In this document: positions 49,501 to 64,000 of the stretch, piece by piece
Layout: each line of letters opens with the position of its first letter
Position numbering within the stretch: the stretch's first letter is position 1
Assembly (NCBI GenBank): GCA_951406725.2
Contig: OX597822.1
Coordinates: 98,952,001-99,016,000 of the forward strand
Direction: 5' to 3'
DNA: 64,000 nt
From: Octopus vulgaris
Lineage: Eukaryota
Program-made: the position numbers and the translations under genes
Notes under the pieces: generated by a model
What the model saw: only the letters and a program-made list of their open reading frames with translations
Database searches by the model: none
What the model was told of the DNA's origin: nothing

Positions 49501-50501
49501 TTGTTGTTGCTGCTAAACATTAAGTCAGATTAGTTCTATATCAATGCTGTTCCATTTATGGCCATCACATCACTTTTTCAGTCACTGTATATCTAGGAAT
49601 CCCACAATCTAATGTATCCTCATTTTCATCATGGTAGGATGTGATTTGAAGAAGATTTGGTTGCTATTTTTAACATGTCTAGTGATTTTGTAGAGTCTCC
49701 TGTTGGTTGGCGATGGCAAGGTCGATACTGTTGGTGTTTAGCTTGAACATTTGCAACTTGGTGTTCCAGACAGATTCAGTTCTGGAGACGAAGGATGAGG
49801 AGAAATATTTAATGTGGTGGCTTGAGGAAGGGTTACAGTAGAAGTGATGAGAAGCAAAGAGAAAAGTGTGCATCAGACAGCCACAACACTGTCTGTACAT
49901 GCGTGTAGATGGTAATGCAAGAACTTTTCCAGTTCAGTGAAACTGAAAGCTGATGTGATTCCAATAGAATACAGGAACTCTGCAGCACATTAGTGAACTA
50001 ATAATTACAGAGTATTGCTGAGTTGAGTGTAATAACCTAATGAATAACAACTTAATGGACTCATTGGATAACCATGTTATTTATCACCATGCTGAAGGTA
50101 CATGGCTCAGTGGTTAGAGCATTGAGCTTACGATCGTGAGGTTGTGAGTTTGAATCCCGTACCGGGCTGTGTGTTGTGTTCTTGAGCAAGATACTTTATT
50201 TCACGTTGCTCCAGTTCACTCAGCTGTAGAAATGAGTTGCGACATCACAGGTGCCAAGCTGTATCGGCCTTTGCCTTTCCCTTGGATAACACTGGTGGCG
50301 TGGAGAAGGGAGGCCAGTATGCATGGGCAACTGTTGGTCTTCCATAAACAACCTTGCCTAGACTTGTGCCTGGGAGGGTAACTTTCTAAGTGCAATCCCA
50401 TGTTCAGTCATGACCAAAAGGGGTCTCAGTATCACCTTGCTAAATCATGGGGAACTACTAGCAATGGTGTACCAGATGTGGCTTACTAAAAACAGCTTTA
50501 A

Positions 50502-50725
50502 CACTTTAGCATCCAAACTGGCCATAACTGACCTAAATATTCCAGCTGTTTTATGTCAAACAGATCTGGCCAGATCTGGCTTATCACATTTATCCTACAA
50601 TATTATCCTAAAAATTAACAGTTACCTTGTCAAAATCTCCCAGCTACAAGATGACACATGATTAATTCAAAGCAATGTGAATAAATAATTATTACTTTTG
50701 ATAGAATAACATGAATGCTAAAGGG
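50502..50725. mobile_element. Decayed piggyBac-type MITE
   Basis: TTAA|CACTTTAGCAT ... ATGCTAAAGGG|TCAA. Confidence 0.6.
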
Positions 50726-52984
50726 TCAAAAAAAAGAGAAGGTGCTTTTACAATATAGTATTAGACACACTGTGTTTGAATTTAAAGAAATGTGACCGTC
50801 ACAGCTGAAACATCTTTGATCCTAGCTATCCTGATCAGGATTGATATGGGGCTAAACAACACTAGATAATGGCCAACTAACACTATAATGTAAGCAAGTC
50901 CTTGAGGGAGCTTGTATGCAGATACAGACCTATCTTTTTAAAATGTTGATTTCAAAAAGATATCTTTTTAAATGTGATTTAAGAGAAATGTTGCTACTAT
51001 TTTTAGCAAGTTGAGTGACTGCAAAGTGAATTATTTATCATTTACTATGCTATGTATTTACTGTTAGGTATCTCTTGATTAGGTGCATGGCTTAGTGGTT
51101 AGGGTGTTGTACTCATGATTGTGAGAGTGTGTTTTTGATCCCTGGACTGGGTGATGTGTCGTGTTCTTGAACAAAACACTTCATTTCATGTTGCTCTACT
51201 AATCCTGTGATGGACTCGTGTCCTGTCCAGGAAATATACATGCTACAGATTCTATGAAACCAGCCTTATGGCTCAGGAAGAACTTTTGACCCTTTTGATC
51301 TCAATTAAATAACATTGTGCCCACTTAAGCAAATCCATGACGTTATCATTCATTGAGTCATATGGTCACAGATACACTATGCATGAAAAAATAATTGGGA
51401 TGGTCATTATTGGAACACTTTTGATTATAGTTATACTTGATGAGGGGATAACCTTGAAGCTAAAAAATAATGGTTTCGAATTTAGGTACAAGGCAGGATT
51501 TAAGCACAGAGTGTAAAAAGCTGAAAGAAATATCACAAAGTATTTTGTTTGATGCTCTAACAATTCTGCAATCGACAGTCCTTAATTGTTTTTATGCTTC
51601 AAAGCCAGCAGTTTTGAAGAGAAAGGGTTAATTGGTACCACTAACTCCAGGACTTGACTGATCCTTTGTTTTGTTGGCATTGGAGGGATGAAAGGCAAAA
51701 TACACCATAATGAAATTTGAATTCATAATGTAAAGAACTGGAACAAATATTTCAATGCTTGTTTCTCAATGCGCCAATGATTCTGCCAGTTTGTTACCCT
51801 TAGGCTAAACAAAATTTAGGATATAAGAACTTACATGTATAAGTCATTGAATAGAAATATCAGATAATTTTTTTCCAAAAGACTAAACACTTTGCTTAGT
51901 GGTTAAGCAACTTGGCTCTTGATCATAAAATTGTGGGTTTGATTGCAAGTCTAGAAGTTGCATTGTATCATTAAGCAAGGCACTTTACTTTATGTTGCTC
52001 CTATCCACTCAGCTGGTAAAAATGAGTTTCAAGACTCATAGAAATCTGAAACAGTATTTAGTTAGTGTGGCAGCATTAATGAGTCTGTGATATAACCAAA
52101 GCACATTCAAGTATGAGGATGAATACACCTAGCAGTGAACTGCTGTATCTTGTCTGTACTTTTGCTTGATAACAGAAACTACTGTTAATTTAGACCACTA
52201 CTTGGTCCACTAATTGCTTTGAAGTAATAAAATAATTGAATAATTGGTAAATTCTCCGATAGATTGACTAGAGGTGGAGAAAAAGATTGTGATGAATATT
52301 CAACTGGTCAGCAAACATAATTTAGATCTTAAGTAGAACAGAATTTCCTCAGAAGAACAAGAAAATGTAATAAAATATATCATCTGAATATCTTATAAGC
52401 TTTCATTTCACTGAAGCTGTATTTCGTTTAGTGAAGATGAAAAGTAAAATTGTTTAACTTGAAACAGAAATAAGTTGAATTTGTTGGAAATATTTATGTA
52501 GCTTACTATACTATTTATAGAGTAAGCTTACTATCTACATAGCAGACTATACTTATATATTTATATAGCTTTTTGTACTAACTTTAGCTAATGGTACAAA
52601 ACCTTGAAGAGAAGTGAAACATGTATTCATCATAGCTTTTTTTCAGGCATTGGTCTTACAGGGTCATTTATTGCCAGTGTCTTATTATAGAATCTGCTGT
52701 CCATTTTTGGCTTAGATTTTAGTATTTTTATAATTTCTGTTTGCTCTCTTTTCTTTCTTTCTAAACTAGATCTCATTTCAGTCTCTGTTTTGTATTTGTT
52801 GGCTTCTTTGAAGAAAGAAAAGAGTCTCTTAGCTTGTGTTTCATAGGTATTTGTATTAGCTTTCTAGCATTTATTTCTAGATATTTTTGTAATTCTATAG
52901 TTGATATTAGTGGATACAATAGCAATACATATAAGCAATTTAGCAGCCAACATATATAATTTTGTGTATATATAAAACTTAGCA

Positions 52985-53015
<31 letters not shown>

Positions 53016-53025
53016 ATACAAATAC

Positions 53026-53652
53026 AATGAAATGAAATGATTGTATACAGTGCTCAGGTGCACCACAACTTGTCAAAAGTGCGTATAAAGCATATGCAGT
53101 AATGTACAAATGTCTGAGTTAGATACATGCTTGTGTGTGTATGGAGGGGAGAAAATCAGATGTAGTGTTGGTGATTCTCAGGAAGCATGGAAGTTTTGAA
53201 GGATGCAGTGCTCCGACAACTAACAACTGATGCCGGCAGTTTGTTCCATGCTTCAGCAACCCTTAGCTTGAAAAAATGTTTCCTAAAGTCATGGGAGCTG
53301 TGCTGTTTTCTGACTTTGTAAACATGTCCACGGGTGTTAGACAGGTGGAGTTTGAAAAGGTGCTCAGAGTTATTGTTTGTAAGATGGTTAATAATTTTAT
53401 GGATGTCTGCCAAGTCAGCTGCCAGATGTCGGAGTTTCAATGTATCCATGCCCAAGGAAGTAAGGCATTCAGAATATGGCAAATGCCTGATGGAGGGAAT
53501 TCTCTTGGTTGCACGTCACTGAACAGCTTCCAGATGATTAATATCCTGGGCAAGATAGGGGTTCCAGACCGATGATGCAAATTACAGGTGAGGTCATACC
53601 ATAGCTATATAAAGCTGCAGATAGATAGCCGGAGAGCGGTTCACAAAGGACT
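53026..53652 (-). mobile_element. CR1-clade LINE 3' fragment
   Basis: Same C-terminus, extended upstream to LYIAMV.PHL.FASSVWNPY; same 3' UTR. Confidence 0.85.
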
Positions 53653-53779
53653 TGGTGTTATTGTTTCTGATTGTACATAGTCCACTTTTTGTTTTCTATA
53701 CCTGCCACTGAGTGGTTGAAGCTTACAAACTTCCTACACTTGGATCCCTAGATCTTCTTACTCTTATATATCGATGTAG

Positions 53780-53836
<57 letters not shown>

Positions 53837-54107
53837 CATTCATGCATATATATATATATACATACATACATACATACATACACATCATCATCATCGTTTA
53901 ATGTCCGCTTTCCAAGCTAGCATGGGTTGGAGAGTTCAACTGGGGTCTGGGAAGCCAGAAGGCTGCACCAGGCCCAGTCTGATCTGGCAGTGTTTCTACA
54001 GCTGGATGCCCTTCCTAATGCCAACCACTCCGTGAGTGTACTGGGTGCCTTTTACGTGCCACATGAGACTGGCAAACGGCCACGATAGGATGGTGCTTTT
54101 TACGTGC

Positions 54108-54170
<63 letters not shown>

Positions 54171-57081
54171 TTTTTTTTATTAAAGCTTCAAAAACATTAC
54201 ATAAACTATTACTCAGAGTTTCACATTCTTGTTCGTCAGATGAATGGGAACATGAAACTCTGAGTAACAGTTTTTGTGATTTTTTTGCAGATCTAATAAA
54301 AAAAGTATATTACTCTACCTTCAATATTAAAGTACTATATTTTCCACCTTGTTTTGCATTTATGTGCTTACTTGTGTGTGTATTTATATATATATGGAAC
54401 AAAACAGTTTGATTCAAATTCTGTGGTACTTAAAGTTTCAAAGTGTGATGCTTATCCTATTACAAATGGCTTTGAAACTTTAAGTACCATAGAATTTGAA
54501 TCCAACTGTTTTGATCCATACATGTAACTCCCAATAAATGTGTTGAGTGCTCTTCTTTTGTTTGTCCACTCACTTGTGTGTGTGTGTGTGTATGTATGTA
54601 TATATATATATATATATAATCATTATCATAGGAGTGGGATTGAAACTGTGACTCCACGACTCACTCATTGTACTTGCTGAAGTCATGAAATATTTATATA
54701 ATTGAAATTCCCCAAATTTTCTATCACAACTTTCAGTTAATTTCATTCAAATTTGAAGACATCTCATATATTATCTTATAATTACATTTTATTAACACCT
54801 ATAAATGTTTTCAAATATTTTAGTAACCTTCCTCCTTAGGGAAGAGACAAGGCCATTATATGCGTTTTGTTTTCTATCAGACTATAATCTGTGTTGTTTT
54901 CTAAAGAAAGACAAAATTAAAGCTTGAACTGGTCAGTTGCAAGACTGAAAAATCATTAAGTAGTGAAAAGATAGCAGTAAGGTGGGTATAACTTGCAATA
55001 CTCAGAGTTGGCTACCAACTAAGTGATGTCATATAACAGACTTATCAGAGGATGAAGTGCAGGTATGAGAATTCTGATGGGAAACTGTGGTTTTGTGTCT
55101 TCTGATGAACTCACACTATTGGTTTCAAATTTTGGCAATTTCAGGGGCGGTGGGTAACTCTATTATCTATTTCTTTACTACCCACAAGGGGCTAAACACA
55201 GAGAGGACAAACAAGGACAGACAAATGGATCAAGTTGAATTTTATCGACCCCAGTGCGTAACTGGTACTTATTTAATCGACCCCGAAAGGATGAAAGGCA
55301 AAGTCGACCTGGGCGGAATTTAAACTCAGAATGTAGCAACTGACGAAATACTGCTAAGCATTTCGCCCGGTGTGCTAACGTTTCTGCCAACTCACCACCT
55401 TATAACTCTATTATCTCGACCCCAGTGCATGACTGGTACTTATTTTATGAACCTTGAAAGCATGAAAGGTAAAGTTGACCTTGGCAGAATTTGAACTCAG
55501 AATGTAAAGACAAATGAAATGCCACTAAGCATTTTGCCGAGAGTGCTAATAATTTTGCCAGTTCGCTGCCTTCATGAAATCACAAGACTGACAATGGTCT
55601 GTCCTCATGCATGGCCATGTATAATGCAAATGTAAGTTATAGACATTAGCCAAAAATAATTGAATTTATCGAGTTCCAGATGAATCACGTTACAATATTA
55701 TTTGGTTGCTTCTTTGGTCTTTCTTCCTGTCTTTTAGTGATATAGTCATATTTTGGTGGCATTAGTTCTGAACATTTCTGCAAACATTCTTGGACCTTAC
55801 AAGTTCTTTTAAAATTTTTATGGTTGATAAGCAAAACCTGAAAATATTGACTTCTATTGAACATTTTGGCTTCTTATCTGAAGAATGTTTGGATTTTAAT
55901 ATTCTTCCAATATTCATTAATTTTGCTTTTGATTTAGCCAGTTCTCTTTGACTCAACAACATCTCTTGGTTATTAGTTCCAGTTTTGTTTGATCATATTC
56001 CAAACATTCTGCTGTCTTGCCTGCTTATTGAATTGCTTCATAAATATTTGTTTATGAACAGCAATCGTTAGTAACAGACAGAATTTTAAAAAATGGAGCT
56101 TGCCTATGATTTTTTCATTGCTTGGAATAAAACATCACACCATACTTTTCCATACATAATTTTAAAAAAAAATGAATTCTTAATCCTTAAAATTATCCCC
56201 CTTTTTTGGAGGGGAAGTCACTAAGAGTTCTTACTCTTTTACTCTTTTACTTGTTTCAGTCATTTGACTGCGGCCATGCTGGAGCACCGCCTTTAATCGA
56301 GCAACTCAACCCCGGGACTTATTCATTGTAAGCCCAGTACTTATTCTATCGGTCTCTTTTGCCGAACCGCTAAGTGACGGGGACATAAACACACCAGCAT
56401 CGGTTGTCAAGCAATGTTAGGGGGACAAACACAAACATACACGCACACACATATATATCCATATATACGACGGACTTCTTTCAGTTTCCATCTAGCAAAT
56501 CCACTCACAAGGCTTTGGTCGGCCCGAGGCTATAGTAGAAGACACTTGCCGAAGGTGCCACGCAGTGGGACTGAACCTGGAACCATGTGGTTGGTAAACA
56601 AGCTACTTACCACACAGCCACTCCTGCGTCTCTTGTTAGGATTTTGTTTAAATTCTCCCATTAAATGATACATTTTATATTAAGAATTTTTCTTGTATGA
56701 CATTCTATATGAAGACTTTAACTTATTTATCCAAATTCATGCTATTGGTCCATTTGATTTATTTCCCTTAGCTCATTAAAATTTCTTTTTTATTATTCAA
56801 ATTATACTTGTTAGATTATCTCTTTTTCTATATATGAAATCTTTACTATACTGTATTACAGAATATATCAGTTTTAGCCAACACTCTACACAAAAAGTGG
56901 CATGGTTGTGTGGTTAAGAAGTTTGCTTTGCAACCACAAGGTATTGAGTTCAGTCTCATTGTACAGCACCTTAGGCAAGAGTCTCTTATTAACTGGACTT
57001 ATTAATAGCATGTGAGTGACTTTGGTAGGTGGAAACTGCATGGAAGCCTTTCATCTCTCTCTCTCTTGCTATATATACATA

Positions 57082-57465
57082 CTAGCAGTATCGCCCGGCA
57101 TTGCTCAGGTTTGTAAGGGAAATAACTATAAAGCATTTTTAGAGAGTTATAGGCAAAAAATAGCAAAAAAATGGAAAAAAATGATGGTAAATTTTTTTTT
57201 GAGATTTAAAAAAGGTAGAGTTGCGTCCCCTAGACAGTTTGTGGTTCGTATTCCTGATTCTCGACCCCATGTCGAATTTATCGATTTTTTCAGAACTGGG
57301 GGAACTTTTCAAAATTTTCGCTGCGTTAGTTTTGAATTATGACATTGGGCTATGTGTGTGTCAAGTTTCATCAGAATCGGTTGAAAGCCGTGGTCAGGGT
57401 GAGGGTACAAGCAAACAGACACACAGAAACACGCACAGACAAACTGCCGTTTATATAGAGAGAGA
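57082..57465 (-). mobile_element. Non-autonomous Helitron (same family as 37894)
   Basis: TC...CTAG termini in an AT site; nearly identical internal sequence. Confidence 0.85.
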
Positions 57466-58215
57466 TATTCATAATACATGTGTATGTGTGTGTGTATATA
57501 TAAATAGATGTATATATACACATGCATATATATGCATATGTATGTGCATGTATATATATATATATGCCTTCCTACGACTGCTTGACAACCAGTGTTGATT
57601 TTTTTGTGTTCCTGTAACTTAGCAGTTCAGCAAAAGATACTGATATATTAAGTAGACTTAAGCAGACTTTGAAAAAATAAACACCAGTGTTGATTTATTC
57701 AATTATTGCTTTCAAGGCAGTGCTACCACATGGCTGCAGTCCAATGACTACAGCAAGTAAAACAAAGAATGGACACAAAAAATAGATGGTCAGCTCAGAC
57801 AACAACAACAGCAACAACTTCAATTAGTCTCTGTCCACCTATATATATTCTTTTTTGCTAATTGTTATTCTTCTGTTCTCATCAGTTTCCTCTTTGAAAC
57901 TTTTGTCATATGTTTAAAATTCTATAAGTACATACAGAAAATATTAATTTGTATGTCAGAAATTCTTCTCTCTCTCTTCTTATTCTATTGCTAAACAATT
58001 TATGATATATGATGAGGCAGAAAAACATCCATGAATGGCTTCTAAGCTATACATTATTCTCTTCCAATAAAACTTAGCTTGCTTCCTGAAATGATTAATT
58101 TAGTGTGATTTATTTTCCTCAAGTTATGCAGTGCTGACAATTCAAAAGAAGGATGGAATGGCTACCAACGACTGAAAATTTTAATATCTTAATAATGTAA
58201 AGGAAATGAAATATA

Positions 58216-59080
58216 ATAATATAATAATAATAATGAAATGATTGTAAACAGTGCTCAGGTGCACCACAACTTGTCAAAAGTGCGTATAAAGCATATGCAG
58301 TAATGTACAAATGTCTGGAAAGTGAACAGTGTATGAGTCAGATACATGCTTGCATGTGTATGGAGGGGAGAAAGATCAGGTGTAGTGTTGGCGAATCTCA
58401 GGAAGCATGGAAGTTTTGAAGGATGCAGTGCTCCGACAACTAACAACTGATGCTGGCAGTTTGTTCCATGCTTCAGCAACTCTTTGTGTGAAAAAATGTT
58501 TCCGAAAGTCATGGGAGTTGTGCTGTTTTCTGACTTTGTAAACATGTCCATGGGCGTTAGACAGGTGGAGTTTGAAAAGGTGCTCAGAGTTATTGTTTGT
58601 AAGATGGTTAATAATTTTATGGGTGTCTGCCAAGTCAGCTGCCAGACGTCGGAGTTTCAATGTATCCATGACCAGGGAAGTAAGGTGTTCAGAATATGCC
58701 TTACTGGCTAACAATCTCAGGAAGCATGGAAGTTTTGAAGGATGCAGTGCTTTGACAACTAACAACTGATGCCGGCAGTTTGTTCCATACTTCAGCAACT
58801 CTTAGCATGAAAAAATGTTTCCGAAAGTCATGGGAGCTGTGCTGTTTTCTGACTTTGTAAACATATCCACGGGTGTTAGACAGGTGGAGTTTGAAAAGGT
58901 GCTCAGAGTTATTGTTTGTAAGATGGTTAATAATTTTATGGGTGTCTGCCAGACGTCGGAGTTTCAATGTATCCATGCCCAGGGAAGTAAGGCATTCAGA
59001 ATATGGCAAATGCCTGATGGAGGGTATTCTCTTGGTTGCACATCGCTGAAAAGTTTCCAGACGATTAATATCCTGGGCAA
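58216..59080 (-). mobile_element. CR1-clade LINE 3' fragment with an internal tandem duplication
   Basis: The C-terminal coding segment occurs twice (about 58390-58700 and 58712-59005). Confidence 0.85.
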
Positions 59081-60236
59081 TATTCTGCTGAAGTTGACTT
59101 AGTCTTTCATCCTTTTGATTTCAATAACATAAAATATATTAAATGCATATATTCTGTACTCTTCTTCTTTACTCTTAGATTTAAATTTCTAACTTCCAAA
59201 CCTGTCTCAGCTTAATTTAATCTAGAAGGGATTGTCTCCCTTGTGATAGCTGACCACCAGGGGAACATCTATATAATCTCTGTAAATAATTTTATTCAAT
59301 TTGTTGTTTTTATTGTTGTTTAGCCCAGGTCAGCCTCATTTGAGAAAATCCGTTATGATCAAAAGTGTTTCAGTTATTGTCAATCTTTCTTTTTGTTTCC
59401 AATGTATGAAGAAACCCAAGACTACATTACATTTCTTTCTTTTACCTTTTTCCTTTACTTGTTTCAGTCATTTGATTACGGCCATGCTGAGGCACCACCT
59501 CGAAGGGTTTCAGTTAAACAAATTGACACAGGATTACTTTTTTAAGCCTAGTACTTCTTTATTAGTCTTTTAGTGAAAGCATGTGGGTATTTCCAAATGG
59601 CTTGTTCTATGTTGTGGTTAAGACAGGTTCTGAATACATGTTATATTTATGTCAACTTGAGTGGCACAAAGGAGAATGCATGGAATAACAGAATAGATAT
59701 ATATGCAAACATGTTATTTTATCTAAAGGCTGCTAATATAGAGCTTGTCGTTGCAAGTCCGAGGCATCAGGTTAGCTGTGTGTGATTGTACAAGTTGAGC
59801 AGTAAGGCAAAGAGCTAATGTGCCAGAGAAAGCCAAGCAAGAAGAAGAAGAGAGAGAATTTTGTGGTACTTCACAAAATTTATATCAGCCGGTAGTAATG
59901 TCACCTGTGGGTTTTTCTGCCGGAAGTTGTAACATATTCCAGGATATCCTGTAGCAAAATAGGAAATGCAACTTTCATTTATTTCCCTTTCTCTCTGAAC
60001 CACTAGGCTACAAGGATGTAAACACACCAACACTGGTCGTCAAGTGGTAGTGAGGAACAAACACAGGCACAAAGACACACTCACATAGATATATACATAC
60101 ATACACGCACACACTTACACACACACACATATATATGTGAAGGGTTCTTTATATAATCTACAGCCAGAAGTGGTCAAATAAAGGGCCAGCTTCATCTCAG
60201 GAAATAGAATTAGCAGCAAGAAGACACTAATGAGGC

Positions 60237-60342
<106 letters not shown>

Positions 60343-62330
60343 TTGAAAGACTTGATCACTGGAGGAAAATCATGACAAGACTGAGAAAGACAAGTTATAA
60401 AACAAGGCAAGAGTGTTAACGAATTTTAGAGAGAGAAGGAGAGATTGCTGAGGAAATCATGGCAAAATATGGGAACACATGGGTTATGAGACAGAGAGAG
60501 AATAGTGCAAGGAGTTAAAGAATAATGAATTTTGAAAGTTACTTGAAGAATTAAAGAATTACAAATTTTGAAAGCTGTTTTAAATCAAGGTACAGCATGT
60601 TAGTATTACGAGTTAAATGAATGAATGATGAGAGATTAAAACTAGAGAAATTTCTTAGCTTAGCTGGTCATTTTGCATGGTACAATAGTGGAGCAAAGTC
60701 ATAGAGGTAGTCAGAGTGTGTGATAAAGTACTTAAGCTCAGGCTAGTCTTGCAGAATAGTATAGCAACAATTATCTCTGCCTATGCCCCACAAAGCGGTG
60801 GCATGTAAAAAGCGCCTGTCAAGCATTATACTCTCAAAGTGGTTGGCATTAAGAAGGGCATTCAGCCAAATCAGACTGGAGTCTGGTACATTCTTCCAGC
60901 TTGCCAGCCTTGGTCAAACTGTCCAACCCATGCCTGCATGGACAACAGATGCTAAATGATGATGATGATGATCACACTCACACACACACACACACACATG
61001 TATATGATGAGATTCTATTAGTTTCCGCCTACCAGATCCACTCACAAGGCTTTGGTTGGCCCAAGGCTAGTAAAAGACACTTTCTCAAGATGCCTTGCAG
61101 TAGGACTGAACTCAGAACAATGTGGTTGGGAAGCAAACTTCTTATCACACAGCTATGCCTGCACTACATTATTCAATGTATGACTTTTTCTTCCTTCTTT
61201 GCAGATACCCAGATATGATTTGAGAGACCGTATAGATCCTTTTGGCAGAATTGTTACTGCACTGGGCATGGTTCTTTACATACTGAGTTCAAATGCACAG
61301 GAGTGGCTGTGTGGTAAGTAGCTTGTTTACCAGCCACATGGTTCCGGGTTCAGTCCCACTGCGTGGCACCTTGGGCAAGTGTCTTCTACTATAACCTCGG
61401 GCCGACCAAAGCCGTGTGAGTGGATTTGGTAGATGGAAACTGAAAGAAGCCCGTCGTATATATGTATATATATATATGCGTGTGTTTGTGTGTCTGTATT
61501 TGTCCCCCTAGCATTGTTTGACAACTGATAAAATAAGTACTGGGCTTACAAAAGAATAAGTCCCGGGGTCGAGTTGCTCGATTAAAGGCAGTGCTCCAGC
61601 ATGGCCGCAGTCAAATGACTGAAACAAGTAAAAGAGTAAAAGAGTAAATGCTGCTGAAGTTGACTTAGTCTTTCATCCTTTTGATTTCAATAATATAAAA
61701 TACTGGTTGAGCACTGAGGTTGATGCAATCAATTCCCCCTCCCCTCAAAAATTTCTGGCTTTCTCTCAAATTTTGAAAGAATTATTGACTCGTTATCTGA
61801 TCTGTTTAGTGTTATTGTGGTGATGGCAGTAGGGGCGGTGGTGGTGGTGGTGGTGGTGGTGGTGGCTGCAGCCGCGGCTGTGGTGGTGGTGATGGTGGCG
61901 GTAAAGAAAGCTAAAACTGTTTAGATCATAGTGAATTCATATCAACTGATGAACATAATTAATTTACAATAAACAATAAGCAAACCAGAAAGCTATCTGA
62001 TATCTTTAGTGAAATGATATTTTAAAAATCACTAACATTATATGGGTGCATGTATCATCATCATCATTTAACGTCCGTTCTCCATGCTAGCATGGCTTGG
62101 ACGGTTCGACCGGGGTCTGGGAAGCCAGGAGGCTGCACCAGGCTCCAGTCTGATCTGGCAGTGTTGTTTCTACAGCTGGATGCCCTTCCTAACGCCAACC
62201 ACTCCGTGAGTGTAGTGGATGCTTTTTACGTGCCAGCGAGGCTGGCAAACGGCCATGATCGGTTGGTGCTTTTTACGTGCCACCGGCACGGAAGCCAGTC
62301 AAGGCGGAGCTGGCCTCTGCCAAATGTATA

Positions 62331-62365
<35 letters not shown>

Positions 62366-62377
62366 ATATGTGTGTGT

Positions 62378-62716
62378 AGGCGCATGGCTCAGTGGTTAGA
62401 GTGTCAAGCTTACGATCGTGAGGTTGTGAGCTCGAATCCCGGACCGGGCTGCGTGTTGTGTTCTTGAGCAAGGCACTTTATTTTCACGTTGCTCCAGTTC
62501 ACTCAGCAGTAGAAATGAGTTGCGACGTCACTGGTGCCAAGCTGTATCGGCCCCTTTGCCTTTCCCTTGGATAACACTGGTGGCGTGGAGAGGGGAGGCT
62601 GGTATGCATGGGCGACTGCTGGTCTTCCATAAAAACAACCTCGCCCGGACTTGTGTCTAGGAGGGTAACTTTCTAGGTGCAATCCCATGGTCTGTGTCGT
62701 GACTGAAGGGGGTCTC
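62378..62716 (+). mobile_element. tRNA-derived SINE family C
   Basis: A box TGGCTCAGTGG and B box-like GAGCTCGAATCCC; ends GAAGGGGGTCTC. Copies at 50096-50427(+), 3461-3660(+), 21214-21440(-). Confidence 0.85.
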
Positions 62717-63162
62717 CTCCGAATATGTGTGTGTGTGTATATATGTGTCTGCATGTGTGTGTGCATGTGTGCATGTGTGTGTGTGTGTGTGTGTGGATTT
62801 AGGACTTTTCAGTTCAATGTATTAATTATTTGAATATCTAACACCACCAGAGGGTAGGCTATATCTGAATTCTATTAATTTTGAAAGTGCATTTTTATGT
62901 CCCAATTTGACTGTAAATATAACATTGAATGCTTGCAATATGTAATTTCATTACACACCACATTAATATCGTACATCTATCTAATTTGCTTAAAAGGACA
63001 ATTGAATGTTTAACTTTCTCTTTCTATTTATTTCTGCTTGTTGCAACAATTTCCATTCCATTAAGTCTCTAATGTGCTGGGAAATATGCACATTAGGTGT
63101 ATGTACATGAATATATGTGTATGTATATATATTACATATATATATATATATATATATATATA

Positions 63163-63534
63163 CTAGCAGTATCGCCCGGCGTTGCTCTGGTTTGTAAGGG
63201 AAATAACTATAAAGCATTTTTAGAGAGTTATAGCCAAAAAATGGAAAAAAATGATGGTAACTTTTTTTGAGAGTAAAAAAAGGTGGAGTTGCGTCCCCTA
63301 GACAGTTTGCGGTTTGTGTTTCTGATTCTCGACCCCATGTCGAATTTATCGATTTTTTTCAGAACTGGGGGAACTTTTCAAAATTTTCGCTGCGTTAGTT
63401 TTGAATTATGACATTGGGCTATGTGTGTGTCAAGTTTCATCAGAATCGGTTGAAAGCCGTGGTCAGGGTGAGGGTACAAGCAAACAGACACACAGAAACA
63501 CGCACAGACAAACTGCCGTTTATATAGAGAGAGA
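63163..63534 (-). mobile_element. Non-autonomous Helitron (same family as 37894)
   Basis: TC...CTAG termini; inserted in a (TA)n tract. Confidence 0.85.
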
Positions 63535-63642
63535 TATATATTAGACACACACACACACACCACATTACATATATGTATATATTATATTCATATTTTGAAT
63601 TCTCTTTTCATGTTTTCATATAACTAAATACACATATACATG

Positions 63643-63678
<36 letters not shown>

Positions 63679-64000
63679 TTATAAATATACACACACACAT
63701 GTAAGTGAATATGTAATATATAATAATATTAGGGAGTAAATCCAAACTTACAGGGAAAAATTAGATTTAGGATTAAATCTAATTTTATAGTATAAATATA
63801 TATTATATTAAATTAGAGATAAAACCACTATTAGGCTAATCAAACGGTGCAAATCATAAGCCAATACATAGAAATAAAATTAATTAAAAAATATAAAATA
63901 TAAAATATAAAAAATATAAAATTCCAAATTAAAATATTTAAATTAAAGTAAAATTTTAAAAATTATTTAAATAATTTAAACTTATAAATTTTAAATATAT

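Noticed and set aside
52600-52630. TGAAGA..GAAACATGTA hammerhead-like string
   Set aside because: No stem I or stem II pairing.
55762-55962. 66-aa non-repetitive ORF
   Set aside because: No motif, splice or homology support.
62378-62450. tRNA gene candidates at SINE heads
   Set aside because: They run into SINE bodies and lack a complete cloverleaf and terminator.

Overview
AT-rich, extremely repeat-dense eukaryotic DNA. The SINE, RTE and CR1 families and the microsatellite load look like an octopus (cephalopod) genome; this comes from recognising the repeats, not from a database search. I found no convincing host protein-coding exon, and nearly all short ORFs in the track are microsatellite or repeat translations. 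The one intact coding unit is a full-length 5.26 kb Tx1/L1-clade non-LTR retrotransposon (11136-16396, minus strand). It has a perfect 16-bp TSD, an intact 1129-aa APE-RT ORF2 and an ORF1 broken by one frameshift in an A7 run. It sits inside a non-autonomous Helitron, which sits inside a SINE. The window also holds two decayed Tc1/mariner elements, a Penelope fragment, RTE and CR1 fragments, several tRNA-derived SINE families, small Helitrons and MITEs. Highlights: (1) the Tx1-like LINE's 3' end matches the 3' tail of the abundant MetaSINE-like family, suggesting a Tx1/SINE partnership; (2) about ten type I hammerhead-ribozyme motifs, including two identical intact copies 485 bp apart in a retrozyme-like tandem (25339-26165) and several inside long inverted repeats; (3) a tandemly amplified H-type pseudoknot motif in RTE 3' tails.
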